A DNA stretch of 64,000 bases. Origin: Octopus vulgaris (Eukaryota). Each line of letters begins with the position of its first letter. Position 1 is the stretch's first letter. The notes under the pieces are model-generated. The model worked only from the letters and a program-made list of their open reading frames with translations, did no database searches and was not told the DNA's origin. Shown here in pieces: positions 1 to 12,422 of this stretch. The stretch spans positions 5,332,001-5,396,000 of the forward strand of contig OX597838.1 in NCBI GenBank assembly GCA_951406725.2. The letters are read 5' to 3'. The position numbers were made by a program, and so were the translations under genes.

Positions 1-448
1 TTAATATGTTTAAAATATTTTAGTTTAAGTGTTTTCAATAAAGGTAATTTAAACGTAGTTGTTAGGTATTTAAAAAAAAAACACGATTAACAATAAAATG
101 ATGTTATAACTGTTGTAAAAGATGAACGTAATATAATAGAAATGATTAGATGAGGTGAAAGTGAATTAAGCTGTGATAAAAATTCAATTGATGATAAATT
201 CCAATATGTTTATAAAATGTGAATAGCAAAGTGACTTTGAAGCGAAGAACAGATACATTTGTTACGGATATCTTAAACTATTATAAAACATTTAGAATAA
301 ATTTTAACCTAAGAAGGAAAAAAAAGGTGAGATAAAATGCTATATATACACAGCTATAGATAAAGTAGAATGAATACAACAAAATCATACGTGGCTATGA
401 AACACATTGTTTGGATATATACATTGTATGTATACACATATATATGTC

Positions 449-482
<34 letters not shown>

Positions 483-535
483 TGTATGTATGTATGTATG
501 TATGTATGTATGTATGTATGTATATATATTTTAAA

Positions 536-856
536 GACTCCGCCGGTTACGACGACGAGGGTCCCAGCTGATACGATCAACGGAACAGCTTGCTCGTGAA
601 ATTAACGTGCAAATGGCTGAGCATTCCACAGACACGTGTACCCTTAACGTAGTTCTCGGGGATAATCAGCGTGACACAGAGAGTGACAAGGCTGACCCTT
701 TGAAATACAAGTACAACTCATTTTTGCCAGCTGAGTGGACTGGAGCAACGTGAAATAAAGTGTCTTGCTCAAGGACACAACGGGTCGCCGGGAATCGAAC
801 TCACAACCTTACGATCATGAGCCGAATGCCCTAACCACTAAGCCACGCGCCCTCAC
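536..856 (-). mobile_element. tRNA-derived SINE with CORE-like central domain
   Basis: Minus strand reads GTGAGGGCGCGTGGCTTAGTGGTTAGGG (A box)...GAGTTCGATTCCC (B box), then TGTGTCCTTGAGCAAGACACTT...AAAAATGAG (CORE-like). Its 3' half is shared with the SINEs at 2021-2395 and 20120-20466. Confidence 0.85.
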
Positions 857-870
857 TTGTATATATATAC

Positions 871-1074
871 ACATGAGTGGTTGCTAAAAAGTTCCTGCCG
901 TTGGTTAAAAGAACTATGATTTTATTCAAGATATTCCCCTCTCAGTTTTCAATAAGTATTGGAGCCGTCCGTCAGTTTTTCTAAGACCTGTTAAAGAACT
1001 AAGAAGGTTAGGCCTCCAACGAAGACTTTCGTGATACAGGTTAAAATCAAGATGCTTTCAGCAACCCCCTCGTA
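871..1074. mobile_element. mariner/Tc1-type MITE remnant
   Basis: Imperfect terminal inverted repeats: ACATGAGTGGTTGCTAAAAAGTTCCTG at the left end and CTTTCAGCAACCCCCTCGTA at the right end, which ends in TA; no coding capacity. Confidence 0.55.
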
Positions 1075-1077
1075 AAT

Positions 1078-1185
1078 AGTGGAAAGAAGCTTACTTCCTA
1101 ACAACATGGTTCCGTGTTCAGTCCCACTGCGTTTTATCATGAGCAATTGTCTTCTCTAACGGCGGGTCGAACAAAGTTTGTAGAT

Positions 1186-1190
<5 letters not shown>
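1078..1190 (+). mobile_element. degenerate 5' fragment of the SINE family seen at 7239-7645
   Basis: ACATGGTTCCGTGTTCAGTCCCACTGCG matches the head of the 7239 element. Confidence 0.65.
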
Positions 1191-1269
<79 letters not shown>

Positions 1270-1446
1270 ATAAATATATAAGTTAATAGAATAAGATAAC
1301 AAACCAAAGGGTGTGAATAGTTTTCCGAACATTTATAAAGAGTTCTTACAATGGTTTGCTGGATAATTTATATATGACTTCCGCGGTGCGAGAAAGTGTT
1401 TAAGTAATAGTTATAATAGAGAAGATATGAAATACAGAGTGAAGTG

Positions 1447-1501
<55 letters not shown>

Positions 1502-1525
1502 ATACCTATTTAGAGTGGTATAGTT

Positions 1526-1739
1526 ATTTTCTACTCTAGGCAGAAGGCCCGAAATTTTAAGGGAAGGGGCCAGCCGATTAGATCGAACCCAGTACGCAAC
1601 TGGTACGTAATTTATCGACTCCGAAAGGATGAAAAGCGAAGTCGACCTCGGTGGAATTTGAACTGAAAATGTAAAAACAGACGAAAGACCACTAAGAATT
1701 TCGCCCAGCGTGCGAACGTGTCTGCCTATTCGCCGCCTT
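1526..1739 (-). mobile_element. tRNA-related SINE (AAGGCGGCGAGCTGGCAGAA-type family)
   Basis: Minus strand AAGGCGGCGAATAGGCAGACACGTT...GTTCAAATTCCACCGAGGTCGACTTCGCTTTTCATCCTTTCGG; homologous to the copies at 41810-42010 and 47386-47598. Confidence 0.8.
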
Positions 1740-1751
1740 GCACACACACAA

Positions 1752-1786
<35 letters not shown>

Positions 1787-2020
1787 CATACATACATATA
1801 TATATATACATACATATATATATATTACACTTTCTACTCTGAGCACAACGTTTCTCCCAGCACGCCGACTCTTGTGTATATATATATATATATGCATATG
1901 TATGTGTATATATATATATATAGACACATGAGTGTATATGTAACTATTTATGTGTTCCTGTGCTTGTGTGTTGGGTGAGTTTATGCCTCTATATAGAGTG
2001 GTAGAGTTACTACAGTTGGA

Positions 2021-2500
<480 letters not shown>

Positions 2501-3109
2501 TACATGAGTGTATATGTAACTATTTATATGTACATGTGCTTGTGTGTTGGGTGAGTTTATACCTCAATATAGAGTGGTAGACTTACTACAACCTTCCCGT
2601 GCAATCAGTTTTATATTTTAATTTACATAAACCGTATTTCTGCTTTCTTTTTCTCTCAGGTTTCCAAACTGTAAATATGTGTGGTAATGTTACGAATTGC
2701 ATCTATTTTCTTTTAATTTTCAACGTATTTCGTTTTTTTTGTTCATTTTTCACACTGGTTCCTTTTATTTTAGTTTTATAATATTCAACAAGATGTCAGT
2801 CGCGTTTAAGCAGCCACTAAATCTAGAGAAGCCGCTCTTATCAGATTTTACTTGTAATTGTTTATAAATAAATATACTTTCTTTTTCTACAATGAAAGTA
2901 GATGCTCAAAATACATACTCTTAAGTCTACAATAGATACTGATGCAAATCTCATTTAATTTGCATGGTTGTTTGTTTTAAAATAATCGAGTAAAAATAGA
3001 AATCTTTATTTTATAAACACAGCTACAAAAAAACAAACGATTTTAACTGAAAAAATGTACGCTCGCTTAAATAAAAAAGAACGTTACTAATATGTTTTCG
3101 TTTCTTTTT

Positions 3110-3328
3110 AGATTTTGCACAAAGCCAGAAATTTTGCCGTGGTTGTGGGCAAATCGTTTACATCGCCAGTCCGCCAAGGTTCAACTAGTATTTGCTTTTA
3201 TCGACCGGAAAATGTCGAAAGGCAAAGACGACCCCAGAGAGATTTCAACCAGAAACATAATGGTACGGAAGATATATCATGAAGTATTTTGACCGATTCG
3301 CTAACGATTCTGCCAGCACAACACCTTA
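3110..3328 (-). mobile_element. diverged SINE copy (same family as 1526-1739)
   Basis: Retains TTTATCGACCGGAAAATGTCGAAAGGCAAAGACGAC and GCTAACGATTCTGCCAGC motifs. Confidence 0.6.
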
Positions 3329-3587
3329 TAAGTAATTTTACTTCCTATTATAAACACAAAAGCCTGATAATTTTTAGGAGACAGAGTTGTTACTGCATTG
3401 GTATTATGAAGATATTCTCCGAGTTTCTTTTCTAAACTGGGCAACTAAGAAGCGAAGTCATTAAAATAAAGACACAGCTGCACTCAGAAGAAAAAATATA
3501 TTCTTTAGTTGAACTGGAAAAGATTTTGATGTGTTATTTATTTATACGTACCAATGTGTGTGTGTATAATTGGATGCACGTATATGA

Positions 3588-3641
<54 letters not shown>

Positions 3642-4869
3642 GTATACATATGTATATGTATATGTATATTTACATATAGTTCATATGTATTTTCTATATA
3701 TATATTCATATATATATACATACATACATACATAAATACATACATACATACACCTATGAATAATGCATTTAATTTATTTGCAAATCTATATTATTAAATT
3801 GGGAAATGAAAACGAACTTGCTCACGTAATATCGTCTGGAATTATCCAATATTTCGGTAAATATTTAGAACGTCGATAAATCAATCAATGAAATTAATTA
3901 ATAAATATTTGCAGTTTAATTGTTTAATTGTTTTATTTTTGTTTACTTGTGTGTATATAAATATTTATTCATTGTAATAATCAATAAACCATTCTCTGTT
4001 TATATCGTGGTACATTCCCATCATTTATTCTTTGTTGATGGTGGCTGTAAATGTATTGATCTTCTGTAGGTGTTGATTTTATAATATAGAAAATGCGCCG
4101 TGACTTTTCCCCAACCCATCGTGACTCATTGGATACACGATAAAATTGATACGGCTAATGTCTACACTGAACGTTAGCGTATTATTTATTTATCATTATT
4201 ATTATTATTTTTTTTATATCTGACCTCAGAAATCAGATGTAACCGCACAGAATTCCATTACCCTTAACTGCAGGAAGCAGTTCTATATACCAATTTATCT
4301 TTTGTTGAGAAATGCCATGTTTGAAAATATCCTTTTAATGAGATATGCTAGGTTTATTGAAGCAACGTGATTTGCAAAAGAAAGGAAAAGAGAAGAGAGA
4401 AAAGAACCAGAAAATTCCATTGTTTTTTTACCGGAATAAACATGAAATGTATTTTTGAAGTGAATGGTTTAATATATTCAAAAATATCCTGGTTGAGATT
4501 CTGGATTACTTCCGAATTCATGAAACGATGAGCAATAGATTAAAGGCTCTCAGCGAAACGATGTTGGTGTTAAACTGAGGATTATGGGATCGCTACATAT
4601 TATCCCTACCGATTAATCTTGATTCTATTAATGGAATGATTTTTAATCTTTTAAACAGCTTGGAATTGCCATGCCTATGACAGCTGACAAAGACTCCGAT
4701 AATGGTGAGTTTTCCCCAAACAAGAAACGTTCTTCAAATGTGTGCAGTACTCGCCCAGTCAACGAAACCCCAACTTTTTGTGCAGTGGAATCGTTTCATC
4801 GAAAATTACTTTTCATAAAACCGTGCGATCTACACACATAACAAAACACAATAAAGTACATATTACCTA

Positions 4870-5207
4870 GGTAGTGGCTAGCGATTCTCTTCACTACTTC
4901 AGGGAGTGACGACCCTGCCTGGCACGAGTCCCGGGTTCAGCTAGCTCCGGCTGACAGAACCCAGTATGGGCCCCTATCCAGGGTTACGGAAATGAGATAA
5001 CCTTCTAAGAAATATGGAATGGAGTCCAATAGGCGGTTTAGTGTTCGACTCGACACTCTTCCGGCAGCTTCTGCAAATAAGCTGATACCAAACATAATGC
5101 TCTGCACTCCTTTGGACTACCTCAGCAAGGTCGAGAGGGGAATCCTGACGATTGGGCTACCCAGGAGTTTCTTACATCTAGCCCAGGCCTGCGCAAAACT
5201 GGAGTAA
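4870..5207 (+). mobile_element. GC-rich interspersed-repeat fragment, possibly a LINE (RTE-like) 5' UTR
   Basis: Abrupt GC-rich island in AT-rich DNA with no recognisable coding motif; family assignment is from recollected resemblance only. Confidence 0.3.
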
Positions 5208-5402
5208 AAACCAGACTGGATTATTTTATGCGCAACTCCATTTTCTCCCCCTTCTATCTCTCTCTACACACACACATACACATATATATGTATGATAGAT
5301 TTATACATATACATATATATATATATATGATACATTTATACATATATATATATACATAAGCATATATATATATACATATATATGCATATATGTGTGTGTG
5401 TA

Positions 5403-5467
<65 letters not shown>

Positions 5468-5906
5468 TATATACACATACATATCTTTGTCACTACAAAC
5501 GAAGTGATATATTCATGATTTTAATATTGAATAGCAGCTGTTTATAAGCAGTGTTATTCATCGTCTTAATCACGAAAATATTTTAGCAAACATTCATCGT
5601 TAAAAAGTAATTATTCTATGAATTGTGAAGTAAGAACAATTTATAGATTCGCTGATAATTGTTCCCCATAGAATCGCATTTTGCCAGTGTCTTGTGCCAG
5701 CTATTTTAACTAGCTATTCCATGCCGGCCTGTTCCAAATTTCTACCATTGTTGAGATTATCTGGCTGTCATATAATGACTACGTTTTATATGCTTCTCTT
5801 GTCATATCGTGTTAAACGTATGAGCAAGTACTTGTACGTACAATGCAATCAGAAGAGAAGTACGTAGAAGAAAAATTTCAACGGCTGTCAATGTCTTGAT
5901 TTTTTT

Positions 5907-5966
<60 letters not shown>

Positions 5967-6755
5967 AAATGTTTTCGCACATTGCAGTGTCCACTCTTGT
6001 TTCAGCTGGATTTAAAATGCATTTAGTGTTTTTGTCTGCGAAAGTTAATTGAACGAGACCTCACAAGTGTCGAATAGCGGAGACATATTCTTAAGAGCTT
6101 TTCATAGAAATATATTTCTCTGCACATGTCATTGAATGTAAACGCATTTCTTGAGCAAGTATCCAAATTGTTCAACAAGATATTATCCCTCTAAATCCGT
6201 GGATGGCTGCGTGGTTGGTTATTTGGTTTTACAACAATAGGATTTTGGGTTCAATGCCACTTTAAATTTCATAGATTTACGAACGGTTATAGATGCACAA
6301 GATATGTCTTGGGAATTTTGAATCTGCGGAGAAGTTGAGAAATATGGAAAAAATACATTTAACTTCTAACGGGAGATCATGTCGTCAAGGTTTTATATTT
6401 TCTGTGAAATTCGGAAAAAAAAAAGAGTTTCTGCAAAAATACATTAATAGGAATAATCCGATCCGTTTGACTGGGAAACCTTGACATGGAAACTGTGTCA
6501 TCTTTTAGTGAATTGAAAATTACCAGAATTATTTTGCTACTATTAGGAGCACAGAAATAATAGCACGTACGTCCAATATATTCGCTTCCGTTGACATATA
6601 TAATATATATATATGCGTGTGTGTGTGTATACATATACAGAAATATTTATATATACTTATATGTATATATATATATATGTATATATACATATATGTATAT
6701 ATATATGTATATAAATATATATATATACATAACATATTTATATGTACATACATAT

Positions 6756-6804
<49 letters not shown>

Positions 6805-6849
6805 TGTGTGTATGTATATGTATATATATATATATATATATATGTGTGC

Positions 6850-6894
<45 letters not shown>

Positions 6895-6897
<3 letters not shown>

Positions 6898-7080
6898 TTT
6901 AACATTTATAGAAATAAAAAACGAAGACTGGTGAAGGAACAACAAGGAGGTGTATTTGTTTAACGCTCGGTAAGAATGAGAATCTTTGAAGGTTCGAGTC
7001 TACGTTCTTTGACAGAAAAGAATCGGAGGATAAAATGAAAGAGAACAAAAGCAACACGGAAAGAGAAAATTATGTAGGGA
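6895..7080 (-). mobile_element. degenerate Penelope-like pseudo-LTR fragment
   Basis: Homologous to 37461-37630 (AAAACGAAGACTGGTG...AACGCTCGG...TTCGAGTCTACGTTCTTTGACAGAAA) with a decayed hammerhead motif; sits next to (TA)n. Confidence 0.55.
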
Positions 7081-7117
7081 GTAATGTATATATATATATA
7101 TTTGTGTGTGTGTCTGA

Positions 7118-7164
<47 letters not shown>

Positions 7165-7238
7165 GATAGTTGTACGCGTATATGACAGATCTGTTCAGAA
7201 ATTATCTCTACTCGTACTATAAAAAGAAAACCTCATCA

Positions 7239-7645
7239 TAGGCGCAGGAGTGGCTGTGTGGTAAGTAGATTGTTTACCAACCACATGGTTCCGGGTTCAG
7301 TCCCACTGCGTGGCACCTCGGGCAAGCATCTTCTACTATAGCCTCGGGTCGACCAAAGCCTTGTGAGTGGATTTGGTAGACGGAAACTGAAAGAAGCCTG
7401 TCGTATATATGTATATGTGTGTGTTCGTGTATCTGTGTTTGTCCCCTTAGCATTGCTTGACAACCGATGCTGGTGTATTTATGTCCCCGTCACTTAGCGG
7501 TTCGGCAAAAAGAGACCGATAGAACAAGTACTGGGCTTACAAAGAATAAGTCCCGGGGTCGAGTTGCTCGACTAAAGGCGGTGCTCCAGCATGGCCGCAG
7601 TCAAATGACTGAAACAAGTAAAATAGTAAAAGAGTAAAAGAGTAA
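7239..7645 (+). mobile_element. full-length tRNA-derived SINE with LINE-like 3' tail
   Basis: Head GGCGCAGGAGTGGCTGTGTGGTAAG...GGGTTCAGTCCC, internal (TA/TG) tract, tail GGCGGTGCTCCAGCATGGCCGCAGTCAAATGACTG and terminal GTAAAA(G/T)A repeats. Confidence 0.85.
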
Positions 7646-7964
7646 CATAACATTTCAGCATTGAATCTCTGCCGAAGTCATCCCATTCCCTTTGATGGAA
7701 ACGACTCTGGAACTTCTTCTTCGGGGTAGCAAGCAGCTGCCTCTTGGCATTTTCTTGAATTTTGTCAACGTCTGTATAACCTGTTTGTGTAGATTGTCTC
7801 CTCTAGATTCTCTACCCTGGTCACGGATGGAAATTCACTGGTGAGGTGAGACGGCCAATCTCTACCTACAGACTTCATTTACGAGGGCTGCTATAAACAA
7901 TGGAACAGAGTGAAAACATTATAACTTAGTGAGCACGTCTGGCAAATTTCAATGCCATGATTCT

Positions 7965-8032
7965 GTGTTTGTTTGCGATCTTTTGAATTATGCCTGTCAT
8001 TATAGGCCGATTGAGGGAGACATAGATTTTCG

Positions 8033-8097
<65 letters not shown>

Positions 8098-8207
8098 GCG
8101 CACACAAAATCACACACACATATACAATTACGTTTGTGTATGCGATTTTTTGAATTATGCCCATCACTATAGGGCGATTGAGGGAGATATAGATTTATCG
8201 TAGATAT

Positions 8208-8250
<43 letters not shown>
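7965..8250. repeat. local tandem duplication (~170-bp unit containing (CA)n)
   Basis: TTTTGAATTATGCC..TCA.TATAGG.CGATTGAGGGAGA.ATAGATTT occurs at ~7981 and ~8148, each followed by (CA)n. Confidence 0.75.
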
Positions 8251-8251
<1 letters not shown>

Positions 8252-8850
8252 ACACACACATACATGAATGTATTATGCATGCAGTTTTTTTTTTCAACGC
8301 ACCAATTTGGAAAAAACGAATAATAATCACATCTCTTGATTCTTGTCTCATATTTCACCATTGCCTGTAGAGTTCCATTTGTTTCCACGCGCCAAACCTA
8401 ACGATGGACTACACATTACGGCTTTACAGTAATAGTTTAACGAAATGTCCATAAACAAAAGAGGTGTTGAGGTGGAGAAAGACCGAATTATGATACAGAA
8501 TGAGATAATAAAAGACAAAGAGAGATGACGAGAAATTATAGCGAGAGAAGAAGAGTGAAAAGCAACGATTGAGAATTCAGTAATATGGAAATTGCAGTTA
8601 CAAGGAAAGGGCTGCATGGGTTAGTAAGGTAATGTAATAATTGCTGTAGCATTGTTTCATTCCATTATATATGAAGTAATTTCCTCACTTTTTTTTCCAA
8701 AAGTCCTATCATTTTTGTTATTCATTTGATGTACGCCGTTTTCTCTCGTCTTCCATTGTGAAAATTAAATTTGCGATTGCTATTTGGTATCGATCGGAAA
8801 ATGAAAATATTTTCAGCAGATCAAATAAAGCAAATGTATCGTTATAAATA

Positions 8851-9177
<327 letters not shown>

Positions 9178-9350
9178 AGTGTGTGTATTTATCTATGTAC
9201 GCATGTATACGGGTTTACACGTAATCAGAAGTGTATATATATATATATATATATATATGATTGATTGATTGATTGATTGATTCCAGTTCCAGCCTATGAG
9301 CTGTGGCCATGCTGGGGCACCGCCATTTGGTGTTGCTACTTGGTTTTACT

Positions 9351-11570
9351 TCATGGGGGCTTTCTAGCAACTGCTATTTGGTGCATGAGAGAGTTCGATG
9401 CAGCTGCCCTCATCTGCCCCTCCTGCCGTGAAGTTGGTTCATCTGGGACACCAGACAGGAAGAGATCCAGCTTCATTTTAAAGACATCTGTATCCACCCC
9501 ATGCAGGTCTCTCAGGTTCTTCGGGAGGATATTGAAGAGCTGTGGGCCTCGGAAGCCCAGGCTATCACAGAATCTTGTCCTACATCTTGATGGCAGGTTT
9601 GGAGTCCTAGGCACCACGCAGTGGCGCCCAGTTCTGGCATTTGTGTAACTCTCGATGCCAAAGTTCAGGACACTTCCCTCCAGGATCTTCCAGATGTATA
9701 TTATGGCATATCTTTCCCGCCTACGCTCCAGGGAGTATAATTTTAATCTCTTGAGTCTTTCCCAGTAGCTTACATTCTGCATAGAGGCTATCTTCTTTGT
9801 GTAGCTTCGTTGGATCGCCTCAAGTTCTGTGATCAACTTGACACTGGATGGTGACCATAGCTGAGAGCAATAGTCAAAGTGGCTTAGGACAAGTGTCTTC
9901 CAGAGGACCATCATGGTTTCTTGTTCTCTTGTTCTAAAGGTTCTAAGAATCCAGCCAGCCAGCCGTCTACATTTCACTGTCAGTTTAGCAACATGTACAT
10001 GAAAGGTCGCGTCATCACTCATGTGAATACCCAGGTCACGCACTGATTGAGCCTCTGGGATTGCAATCCCTCCGGGTCCAGTGTATTCATTGGGTATTGC
10101 ATTCAGTTTTGCATGCTGATAGTATAAAGCTTGAAACTTTCCAGCATTGAACTGCATGCCATTCCCTTCAGCCCACTTGTATATTTCGTCCAGCTCACAT
10201 TGCAGGTTTTTAGTGTCCTCAGGGTTCTGTATTGCCTGTGAAACTTTTGTATCATCTGCATAACTTGTGATCGTGGATCTCTGCGTGGCTGAGGGCATGT
10301 CTGAGAGGGCCATTATGAACAGTAGTGGTCCCAAAACAGTGCCCTGTGGAACACCACTCATTATTTGCGTGTTAATGGAAGTGGCCCCATTGGCTACTAC
10401 CACCTGACTTCTATTCTTCAGAAAGTCGTGAAGCCATTCTCCTAGTTTTCCAACTATGCCAAGATCACGCAACCTGTGACATATCATTCCGTGATCGACT
10501 TTATCGAAGGCCTTTGCGAAGTCGAGATATATGACTTCCACATTTGAGTGGTTGAGCAGTTGTTTCAGCACCCAGTCATAGTGCTGCAGGAGCTGAGTTA
10601 AGCAGCTTCTTCCTGGTCGGAAACCATGTTGGGTGTCAGGCAGCAAGTCATTTTCTTCAAGGAAGGTGATTAGTTTCCTTCTGACTATTCGTTCCATGAC
10701 CTTGCTGATGTGTGAGGTCAGAGAGATAGGTCTGTAGTTCTTTGCCTCCGCTCTGCTACCTCCTTTATGAATAGGGCATATTTTACCTTCCTTCAGTCCC
10801 CTTGGAAGTTTGCCAGCTGCAAGGAAGCTCTGAAAGAGGGACTGCAGTGGTCTTGCTAAGACTCTCTTACATACTTTTAGGAGGATTGCCGGGAATCCAT
10901 CGGGGCCAGTAGCTGAGTCTATTTTCATTTCATCTATAGCCTTTATTACATCGTCTTCCTTTATCTCGATGTAACTTATCGTCGCCGCCTCTGATTCTAT
11001 ATCTGCAGTGGTAAAGAAGTCAGTTGGATTGCTGATTTGGAAATGCCCAAGGGGTGGAGTGAAAACACTCTTGAATTGTTCATTCAGTATTTCACTTACC
11101 CTCATTGGTTTTCCTGTGAGTGTGCCATCCTTTTCAAGGAGTGGCCCTATCCTACAGTGCACTGTAGCCGTTTCTTTGGCATACCTGTAGAAAGCTCTGG
11201 GGTTAGTTTTTATGTTGTCTATAGCCCAGGCTTCTTTGTCTGCTCTTTCCTTCTCATGGGAAAGTTGCAGACAATTTTCAATTTCCAACAGTTTTATTTT
11301 CAGGCGGGACTTTTCACTACTTTCAATTTGTTTGTTTAGGCGATTTGAAATTTTTGTACGCCGTCTCATTAAAATTTTCCTCTCTCTGGGGATTTTGTTC
11401 TTGTGTACAGTGGCCTTTCTCTCTGGGACACATTTGTAGCATATGGCTTGCATTACAGACATGAATTGTTGAAGTATCATGTCGATGTCCGGCGAGGAGA
11501 GACATTCAGGCCAGTTTTGTTTGAGGATCTCTTTCTCAATTTGTTTCCAGTTTGCCTTATTGAAGTTCAA
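9351..11570 (-). CDS. LINE ORF2 reverse transcriptase portion (downstream of frameshift)
   Basis: Motifs NYRPISLTS, QHGFR, YLDFAKAFDKV, GVPQGTVLGPLLF, YADD, RDLG and CR1-type C-terminus LYSLERRRER; no stops over 739 codons. Confidence 0.95.
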   Translation of the reverse strand: MNFNKANWKQIEKEILKQNWPECLSSPDIDMILQQFMSVMQAICYKCVPERKATVHKNKIPRERKILMRRRTKISNRLNKQIESSEKSRLKIKLLEIENCLQLSHEKERADKEAWAIDNIKTNPRAFYRYAKETATVHCRIGPLLEKDGTLTGKPMRVSEILNEQFKSVFTPPLGHFQISNPTDFFTTADIESEAATISYIEIKEDDVIKAIDEMKIDSATGPDGFPAILLKVCKRVLARPLQSLFQSFLAAGKLPRGLKEGKICPIHKGGSRAEAKNYRPISLTSHISKVMERIVRRKLITFLEENDLLPDTQHGFRPGRSCLTQLLQHYDWVLKQLLNHSNVEVIYLDFAKAFDKVDHGMICHRLRDLGIVGKLGEWLHDFLKNRSQVVVANGATSINTQIMSGVPQGTVLGPLLFIMALSDMPSATQRSTITSYADDTKVSQAIQNPEDTKNLQCELDEIYKWAEGNGMQFNAGKFQALYYQHAKLNAIPNEYTGPGGIAIPEAQSVRDLGIHMSDDATFHVHVAKLTVKCRRLAGWILRTFRTREQETMMVLWKTLVLSHFDYCSQLWSPSSVKLITELEAIQRSYTKKIASMQNVSYWERLKRLKLYSLERRRERYAIIYIWKILEGSVLNFGIESYTNARTGRHCVVPRTPNLPSRCRTRFCDSLGFRGPQLFNILPKNLRDLHGVDTDVFKMKLDLFLSGVPDEPTSRQEGQMRAAASNSLMHQIAVARKPP

Positions 11571-12394
11571 GCTGGAAAGATTCTGAGGTTTCTTGTAGGC
11601 TGCATGTCCGTGCTCTCTTTTGGCCCGTACATGGTCAGCTCTACCATGTTGTGATCCGAGAGTAGTGTCGGTGTCACTTTCACATTATGGATGAGATCCA
11701 TATTATTTGTGAAGCAGAGATCCAGTGTGTTACCTGCTCTGGTTGGTTGCAGTACTACTTGCTCCATGTACAGGGTGTTGGTGAGGTTCAGGAGGGACCT
11801 CGCCTGTCCACGTTCACATCTTGTCATTCCTGGGAGAGAAAGGCCCTCGGGCCATCTGACATTCGGTAGATTGAAGTCTCCCATGAGAAGTACACTTATG
11901 TGTTGGTCTAATGTGGTTAGAACTTCTTCTATTTTTAAAAGGCAGTCCTCGAACTTGCCCATATGACTTGGGGCATCTGGAGGGCGATATGTAGCACACA
12001 CAACTACATCAAGTTGCCTTATGTGTACAATTAGTGTGTCACACACCGAGTTTGAGTATGACAAAAGGACCTGGGGTGTGAGGTCCCCACGGATGTACAT
12101 AGCAACTCCTCCATGACTCCTTTCTTTCCTGTCGGTCCGTAGTACAACATACTGTGGTATGTGTAATTCCGCATCTGCTATGTCCGGTTTCAGATGCGTT
12201 TCTGTGAGTGCTATGCATAAGGCTTGATTGCATGCGACAAAGTCTCTCAGGAACGGGACTTTTGTCCTGTTACTGTGTGTTAGTAAACCTCTGATGTTCA
12301 GTAGGAGCATCGAGGTGAGGTGTATGCTGTTGCCGGCGTTGTCCACCCTGGGTCCATCTGCTGTGGCGGTCTTGTGAACTGTGGGCAGTTCCAT
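11567..12394 (-). CDS. LINE ORF2 APE-type endonuclease portion
   Basis: Catalytic motifs LLNIRGL, LTETHL, YRPP, GDFNLP, TLDL and SDHN are all intact. Probable start is the ATG at 12394 just after the ORF1 stop (frame open to 12649). A 1-nt frameshift near 11570-11600 separates it from the RT frame. Confidence 0.92.
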   Translation of the reverse strand: MELPTVHKTATADGPRVDNAGNSIHLTSMLLLNIRGLLTHSNRTKVPFLRDFVACNQALCIALTETHLKPDIADAELHIPQYVVLRTDRKERSHGGVAMYIRGDLTPQVLLSYSNSVCDTLIVHIRQLDVVVCATYRPPDAPSHMGKFEDCLLKIEEVLTTLDQHISVLLMGDFNLPNVRWPEGLSLPGMTRCERGQARSLLNLTNTLYMEQVVLQPTRAGNTLDLCFTNNMDLIHNVKVTPTLLSDHNMVELTMYGPKESTDMQPTRNLRIFPA

Positions 12395-12422
12395 CTGCGA
12401 GCCTGAGCCTGATGGAGCCAGG

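Noticed and set aside
770-856. tRNA genes at SINE heads (also 2320-2395 and 20120-20195)
   Set aside because: A and B boxes are present but run directly into SINE bodies, with no complete cloverleaf or terminator.
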